A stretch of 64,000 bases of DNA from Eledone cirrhosa. Lineage: Eukaryota. The position numbers were made by a program, and so were the translations under genes. The DNA lies in the NCBI GenBank assembly GCA_964016885.1, contig OZ024743.1:213218001-213282000 (forward strand). The letters are read 5' to 3'. Each line of letters opens with the position of its first letter. The first letter of the stretch is position 1. The notes under the pieces are model-generated. The model was not told the DNA's origin. It saw nothing but the letters and a program-made list of their open reading frames with translations, and ran no database searches. Shown here piece by piece: positions 56,631 through 64,000 of this stretch.

Positions 56631-58206
56631 TTCTTCTGGTTTTATAATTTCACAAATTTTTGCCGATAGAGAGAGTCGGTTTCTAACATAGTTACAAGAC
56701 TCTCTCATTGGAATTTACACAAAATCAACTAAGTAGATATGTCTGCATGTCTGCATGCATGCATGTGTAGGTATGGATGTTATTGTGTGTGTGGATGTGT
56801 ATGTTTTGAGTTGTATGTGTGCATGTGTATCTGTACATGTGTATATGCAGTTATTAGATGCACAATTTTTGGAATGTTTTACATATATTTACAGTTCCAT
56901 TAATGGATTGTACTTGTAATTTCCTAACTAGTTGTGTTCTTTCGGTTCCTGTGAAGCCCAGCTTCTCAAGATTTGTATTGAGGCAGTTACTAACATATCC
57001 CAGTGCCCCAATAATTACAGGCATAAACATGAAGGTATAATCAGGGTGGAATATCTGCAGATTTCTCATTAGTTCTACATAAATATTCTCCTTTTCGCTA
57101 ATATTGGCATCTGCTGTGCAGCTAACTTCCACTACTGTGCATGCCTTCTTTTCTCTGTCCCATATCATTATATCTGGTCTGTTAAGCCTGCATTTTATTG
57201 GGGTTTATACTGGAACATTCCACCAGTACTCTTTCATATTATGTATGTATATGTCTTCCACATTGTTGTAGCTTTCAATGTGTTTATCATCCGGGTTATC
57301 TTTTCTACGGATTGCTTTGTACAGTGTTTAGGCCACTACATCATGCCTCATAGGTAGATAGTACCGCGATGACATCTTTGGACAGCTGCTTATGACATGG
57401 GTGACATCTTCGATGTTAATTCTGCAGAGTCTGCACTTGTCACATCTAGGTGTTTTGTCTGCATCCCTCTCTCTTTTGTGAATCAGGTATTTCGTGTTGA
57501 TTTCCTGTTTTTGAATTGCAAAAGCGTATCCTTCAAATTGGAAGCCAATATAGCGGTTGTTGGTCCAAGATAGACTACTTTCCTTATCTATATTACTCTC
57601 ACTCTGGAGCTTCCTGGCAACATATCCATGCATGATTTTTTTATGATAAGCATGAAGTTTTTCACTCATGGATTTACTGCAGTACTGCTGAGCGACTTCC
57701 CTGGGTGTGAGTTTTTGATTATCACACAGGGAATATCTTTCAAGGAGTTCCTTCCCAACTCTCATGATCTTATCTGTTTCATGCAGATAGATTTGCTCGA
57801 GAGACGGGCTCCTACGCTACGAGGTTCGTAGATGTTGTCGGAGGGATATGATGCGACATTCAAATGCTGTCTGGACTGATGTTAGGCCTCTGCCTCCCTG
57901 CCTATGTTTCAAGTAAAGGCGGTCTATGTCACTGTTGACGTAGTTTTTTGCCAAGTGGGTGTCTTTGTTCTTGGGGACCAGTAATGTTTGAGCTAATGTC
58001 AACCATTCTGGTATAAGTGTATCTCCCTTATGAACTTGTTGGTAGAGGTCGGTAAGATACCTCCGATAGAATATCAGTTTTTTGTACCAGTAACCGACAA
58101 TCATGTCTCTTCCTGGTGTTTTCTTATCTTGGAGTTTTCCTATCTCAGTCTCCAGAGTACCCTCACTTATTTCGTATGTTTTTGTCGTACCGTAGGGGCA
58201 ATACTT
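56631..58206 (-). mobile_element. R4-like RLE LINE with RT core deleted, inside (CATA)n
   Basis: KTPGRD..W.KK, PEWL..LVPK..KNY|VNSDIDRLYL..GGRGL, CRLC...ED.THV.SSC, RHD, WWNVP, RPDI.IWD; (TATG)n on both sides. Confidence 0.88.
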
Positions 58207-58237
58207 ATGTATGTATGTATGTATGTATGTATGTATG

Positions 58238-58691
58238 TCAAAGGGCAAAGGAGCTCTTAAGAGTCAATGGCCATCCAAAATCACCGGGAGAGATGATCCC
58301 TTAGCCTTTGTCAAGGCGAAATTCTAGGAGGAGGAAAACTCTGATATAACACCTGCAACCCTGATGGTATCCAATGATGTTGACTTCTTCTTCTTTTTGG
58401 TAAATATCATTTTGGTTAAGAGAGTGGGACTGGCTTTGTGCAGTGCCTTTGATCACTATAAAAGCTTCACGGCACAGGCATTGCTTTATATCTGGAGATC
58501 TCTCTGCACTTGTCGTCACATGGTACCATGGGGCCAGCACTATGTGTCAATACTTGTCACAAGTGTAGTGTTTGTACCAGAGTTTTCAAGTCGCTGGCTG
58601 GACTAAAAAGTCACACTCGTTCAGCGCATCGGTAGGGGTTCTACATGGATATAAAATAGTGGCCTTACTCGAAAACGAGTTTGCAGCCACC
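58238..58691 (+). mobile_element. 5'-truncated bipartite RTE-derived element
   Basis: Matches 28080-28536. Confidence 0.85.
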
Positions 58692-58767
58692 ATGTATGTA
58701 TGTATGTATGTATGTATGTATGTATGTATGTATGTATGTATGTATGTATGTATGTATGTATGTATGT

Positions 58768-59645
58768 TTTCTTTCAAGTTCCTTACTGAATTCCAGTCGG
58801 TCAATAACATAGTGAGAAGGACTTTTAATTTATGTTTTGATTATTTACTTTAATGTTACAATGGTTCTTGGAATTTGTAGATAAGTGAATTAGTCTCTGC
58901 ATATATGTCGGTGCATATGCGTATATGTGGACATGTCTCACTAGTACATTGCTGCTTGTATCTGTGTGTGTGATTGTGTCATTTGATTCCAAGAAACTCG
59001 AATAAAGAATTTATTATTTCGAGTTTTTTGGAATATCTTGTAAATCTTCATTGTAATCGATTACACCTGGAAGCCATGGGTTAGTCTAGCTTGTCCTTTT
59101 TTAGAAAGCCCCAGCGTTTCTAGGCCTTTATTCACATCATAATTACATAGCCCAATACACCTATGATCATATGTACAAATGTGAATCTATAGTTTGGATA
59201 CAAGAACTGTAAGTTTCATATGAGTTAACCAGAAATGATTTCTGCTCATGGAATTTAGAGGTTATATTCATATCCACTGGGCAGCTGACCCCTGCAACAT
59301 TGTATAATTTTTGTCCTGTCTCATTAGAGCGATTTCAGATATATTGGGTTTGCACTGAATTACCATTTTGCTTTTATTGGAATGTTCTTTACTTTTAAGT
59401 AATATTGATTACCTGTAGTTTATGATTCAAAGAGCTGCAGTCTTTCCCTAAGAATCCAAATGCAGCAACTCTTTGATCCAAATGTGTGGGAACATATCCT
59501 GTCACTTCAATAATAATGTGAAGGAAGCCGCAGTTGTATTTTGGGTAATGGATTCGTAAGCCTCTATCGTTCTTCTATATGTTTTTTTGCCACAACAAAT
59601 TATAGTATTATTTTATGGTCCGAAACAACAACATCATGCCAGCGT
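58768..59645 (-). mobile_element. Old R4-like RLE LINE 3' fragment ending on (CATA)n
   Basis: HDVV and LQFLYPNYRFTFVHMIIGVLGYV, homologous to the 43.9 and 56.9 kb copies. Confidence 0.72.
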
Positions 59646-60455
59646 TTGATTTTGATATAGTATTAATTGTATAAATAGGAGAGTAAACAGTATGAGGGAG
59701 ACATTAAGAAGGAGAGAGGGGTGAAGAAAGAGAAGGAAGACAACGAAATGGGACGGGGAAGAAAACATGATCAAAATAATGGTAGAAGGGATGGTGGAAA
59801 TGATGATGATGAAAATGGTAATGTTAGTTGTTGCAGAGTAGAGCCCTAGGTCAGTTCGACCGTGATGGTGATACTAGTGATGTTGATAATAGTATGATGG
59901 TAAGCCATAATGATGAAAAAGGTATGTGTATGGGATAAAAGTGCTTCGGAGAAAAATCAATCCAACTAATGCTTAAGATTCTTGAAAAATTTCATGTGAA
60001 AACGCGGGTTGCCTATATATGAAATTTGATCGGTTCCAAGGGAAATATTTCTTCCTACAGAACTCTAAGGTAGCAAAATCAATCATCATAGGAAGACGAA
60101 ATAAGTTCTGATTACATTAATTCTTATTGAACTTCTCTTAAAGGAACATGACATGAAATAAAGAAAGTCGTAGCTAAAACCATCATGATCATCATCATCG
60201 TCACCATTATCATAATCATCATCATCAACAACAACAAAAAATGCTGTTGCAGCAACATAAATAATATCAAGTTCAACGAAAGAGCTTCTATACGGTTACT
60301 CGACCTGCTAAATGCAACTAAGCCACATTTGATAACATAGTGCTAATTATAAGAGGGTCGGCCGAAAAATATCATAGACTGACTAATATACTCTCACGGA
60401 ATGCGCAAATATGATTTATCTTTCAACATAGTCTCTAGAAAGAAACAATGCCGTT

Positions 60456-60510
<55 letters not shown>

Positions 60511-60534
60511 TATATATGTATATATATATATATA

Positions 60535-60633
60535 CAGGGTGTCACCAAAAATATATATACAGACTTCAATAGCATTCTAAATAAATCTTGCATGTACAGG
60601 TTATGAAAGTGTGTATACATTTTTTGGGACTCC

Positions 60634-60636
<3 letters not shown>
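60535..60636. mobile_element. Tc1/mariner-type MITE
   Basis: TA|CAGGGTGTCACCAAAAA ... TTTTTGGGACTCCCTG|TA. Confidence 0.75.
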
Positions 60637-60722
<86 letters not shown>

Positions 60723-61210
60723 AATATATGTATGTATGGAAATATATATATACAGATATACATAATGTTTACGCACAGTTTACGTGCAATAAATTTCCCT
60801 TACAAGACATTGATCAATTCAAGCCTCTTAGAAAAATACTATGCCGATGGTGCCAGACAATAAGACCGAAGTCGAAACTACATGGATGCGAGGCGAACTA
60901 TTTAACCACACAGCCATGCCTTCATGCTGGCGCTCATATGTACATCATAATACAGAACAATAGAGTACACCACTATAAAGTATCGTACAGTTTTATGAAC
61001 ATCGTTGCAAGTTGTATATTTGATGAGAGACATCATTTTATAAAATATTAAACTGTATCAGTGTCTAAACGTAAGCAGCGGGAGATGTCGCTACTTTTAA
61101 TTGAATTAAATGAAAACTGAGCAGATCGAATAATGTTAGACATCACATGACTCTCTCTATGTTAACCTTTAATACGAATAGATAGATCGATACATACATA
61201 CATACATACA

Positions 61211-61288
<78 letters not shown>

Positions 61289-61532
61289 TATATGTCTATA
61301 TACTTATATATGTATAAGTATGTATATTTTATATATACCGTGTATCAGTAATTATTCTTTATATATATATATTTATAATTGTCCGTAGGCAGTATGCCGG
61401 TTGAACACTCGATGCTCGCGCAGAGCAAAGTATAATATTATAAACAACGAGGAATCAGTGTTACATCAAATCACAATTAACATATTACATATGTTTCTCC
61501 GTCGATCAGCTCGAGGCAAGTATATATATATA

Positions 61533-62194
61533 TAACTTAATTTAGTTATTATTGCACCGACGTGAGATATATGATTTTTATGCAATGAAATATCTATGAT
61601 CGTCGGCATATCACTGATGAGGGACTCATTTTATAACATGTTATCCATGTGCAACCTGCAGTATTCTTCTCCCCATTTTTTCACATATATTTACCTAAAC
61701 TGCGATTCTGTTTTTCTCTCTCTCTTTCTTACTGCTCCCTCGTTTTCTCTGTTTCTCCTACTTTCTTTCGCCCCCTCTGTCATGTCAGTTAACTCTTCCT
61801 CACACTTCCACTCACTCACTCACTGTTTCTCCTCTTCTCACTTCACCCCGTTCGCGACGAATACATTTTCCTTCTTTCTTACATTTGGATTCATCTCGAA
61901 AGGTCTTTTTTCTAAGCGCTCATATATTCACCTAGCTTATGCTAACAGAATAACTATGTAGCTTGTTCCCTTCCTCTCTACGGTTAGCTTTCCTCTTTGT
62001 TGTTTACTTGTCTCACTCGCTTTACGCATTTTAATTGTCCTAATAACTTAATTTAGTTATTATTGCACCGACGTGAGATATATGATTTTTAATGCAGTGA
62101 AATATCTATGATAGTCGGCAAATCACTGATGAGGGACTCATTTTATAACATGTTATCCATGTGCAACCTGCAGTATTCTTCTCCCCATTTTTTC

Positions 62195-62195
<1 letters not shown>
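61533..62195 (+). mobile_element. Direct-repeat unit (period 512) with CT-rich spacer between (TA)n tracts; family B of the permuted-hammerhead element
   Basis: 61533-61687 matches 62044-62195. Confidence 0.8.
62037..62137 (+). ncRNA. Permuted hammerhead-like RNA motif (family B; partial copy at 61533-61625)
   Basis: AGATA-TA-TGATTT..GAAA-TATCT..AAATCA-CTGATGA-GGGAC; covaries with family A. Confidence 0.7.
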
Positions 62196-62231
<36 letters not shown>

Positions 62232-62234
62232 GGC

Positions 62235-62279
<45 letters not shown>

Positions 62280-62280
62280 T

Positions 62281-62338
<58 letters not shown>

Positions 62339-62340
62339 AA

Positions 62341-63770
62341 AGTATGACCCCGACGGCAGAGCTCAAGCCGTTTCGACGGCTATTTCTGGAATAAATTAGA
62401 ATTTTTAGCCTCGTGAATAAATAGTCGAACTTGTCAAGGGGGTACTTCCTTATATGGGAAGATTGTAGTTGTCAAGAAGATTGGTTAAAATTTGTTGTAA
62501 ACACAAATAAGTCTATCATGGCATTTGGTGGGAGGTAGGGGTGGCTGAACTTGCCTGTAGAACAATAGGGGTGTGAGTGGAGTCGGTCAAGCGTTGAAAG
62601 TGATATGTATACAGCAGATTCTAAGGATAGTGTATGAAGTGGAGGAGGGAGGTTATAGAATAGGTAATTCGAATGAGAGTAGGAGACAATAAAAGATAAT
62701 AGAAAGAAATAAAAAAATATATAAAATTAGATAGTGAGAAATGAATAAAAAAAATCCCAATGCTAACTTACAAATACATGTTAATAAGTTGAGAATAGAA
62801 AAAAATTGTAGAAATGGAGTAGTAACAAAACTGATACAAAATTAAAGGGGTTTAACACATCTGCTATAGGTAGTTAATAAAACGTATTCGGCCAAATCTA
62901 TCTTAAAATTACAGAGGTGGGGGAACTGATGCTACAGAGGTCCGATGGGCTGCATCGGGGTAGGTGAAAGGGGAAAAGCAGATGAGGAAGAAAATAGGGG
63001 TGGAAGGAAGTGATAGGAGCAGACAGGGGGAAGAAGAAGGCATAGAGGAAAAGAAAAGAGATACATCTACCTATGTAAGCTGGGGTTTCCCCTAACTTAT
63101 TCGGCAAGTGTGTGTGTGTAGAGGGGGGGGGTATCAGCCCTTGTCTACCCACCCGGGTCGTTATGGGGTTTGAAGGCGAGGTAACTCCTACGCAATCTGT
63201 GTTTGCATGCGGTTACCAGTTCGTCTTTCTTGTTTAGGAGTTGGTCCTTCGAAAACAGCATTTGTAATGTTTCCTCCGAGCATAAGTTACACGGACGGCG
63301 TCCTCCCGTGTAAGAGTTAGCTCTGGACAGTCAGCTCCAAGTGAGATTGTAGGTTATATTATTATCTTGAGTTTTTTGTTGTTTGAGGAGACGATGTTTT
63401 GTGCGAAGTTAGGTGTGGTGCTGTAGGAGAGTTTGATGGTGTTTTTGTTGATTATGTTGTAGTAGCGGTGTTGTAGTGGGAAGTGTTTTTCGAGGAGCCT
63501 AAAGAAGATTTTCCCGATAGGTGTTGCCACCTCGGCATTATGGGGAGGATTGAACCACGTTACGTTACGCGAGCGGAGGTGTCGCCTTGACAAGTTCGGC
63601 TATTTATTCACAAGGCTAAAAATTCTAATTTAGTCCAGAAATAGCCGTCGAAACGGCTTGAGCTCTGCCGTCGGCGTCATACTTTTTCCTATTTCCTACT
63701 CTACTACCCTAAGTATTGAGTACTCTGGTGCGTTATGGTCCATCTGGTTCCTTACCACAATTCCTTTGTT
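62341..63770 (-). mobile_element. Penelope-like element remnant with inverted pseudo-LTR
   Basis: RNVTWFNPP..IGK.F..L.KHFP..H....N.NT.KLSYS and C-terminal CNLCSEE..LLNKKDELVTACKH (GIY-YIG between them deleted); 62341-62437 inverted at 63586-63682. Confidence 0.85.
63583..63676 (+). ncRNA. Type I hammerhead with U3-A8 core (mirror copy 62348-62441 on -)
   Basis: CGCC-TTGACAA-G..CGGCTATTT(loop)AAATAGCCG.C-GAAA-CGGC(ttgagctct)GCCG-TC-GGCG. Confidence 0.7.
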
Positions 63771-64000
63771 ACATATATATATATATATCGGAGTGAATTC
63801 TAACCTGTTGACTTGTACGTAGAGTGCTCTAGGGTCGTCTGAAATATTCATAGGCTGACTATGCAGGAATGATGCTAGAGCTGTAAAATCACGCATGTAT
63901 TCATTTCGAATCTTACTAATAACTGCATTGTTTCTTTCCTGGGATTACTTTGAAAAATAAACCTCATTTGCTCTTTCCATGAGAGTATCTTGGACAGCTT

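Overview
AT-rich, repeat-saturated eukaryotic DNA with no recognisable host exon. The Nin-domain tRNA-SINEs and the (TA)n/(TATG)n/(CA)n landscape look like a coleoid cephalopod, probably Octopus (inference). It holds two near-intact tandem Tx1/L1-clade LINEs in (TATC)n and a decayed third Tx1. It also holds RTE LINEs with (ATGT)n tails and three C-terminal C2H2 fingers, arrays of bipartite RTE-derived non-autonomous elements, and R4/Dong-type restriction-like-endonuclease LINEs in (TAA)n and (CATA)n. There are Penelope-like (PLE) fragments, a deleted mariner, MITEs and a Helitron-like tandem/foldback array. The most striking signal is a set of hammerhead ribozyme (HHR) motifs in (TA)n-flanked direct and inverted repeats. 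One is a ~100-nt motif, found in two diverged repeat families, that has every hammerhead core nucleotide in a non-circularly permuted order and is supported by compensatory changes in four helices. Two others are U3-A8 covariant cores. All calls are by eye; no searches or folding programs were run.
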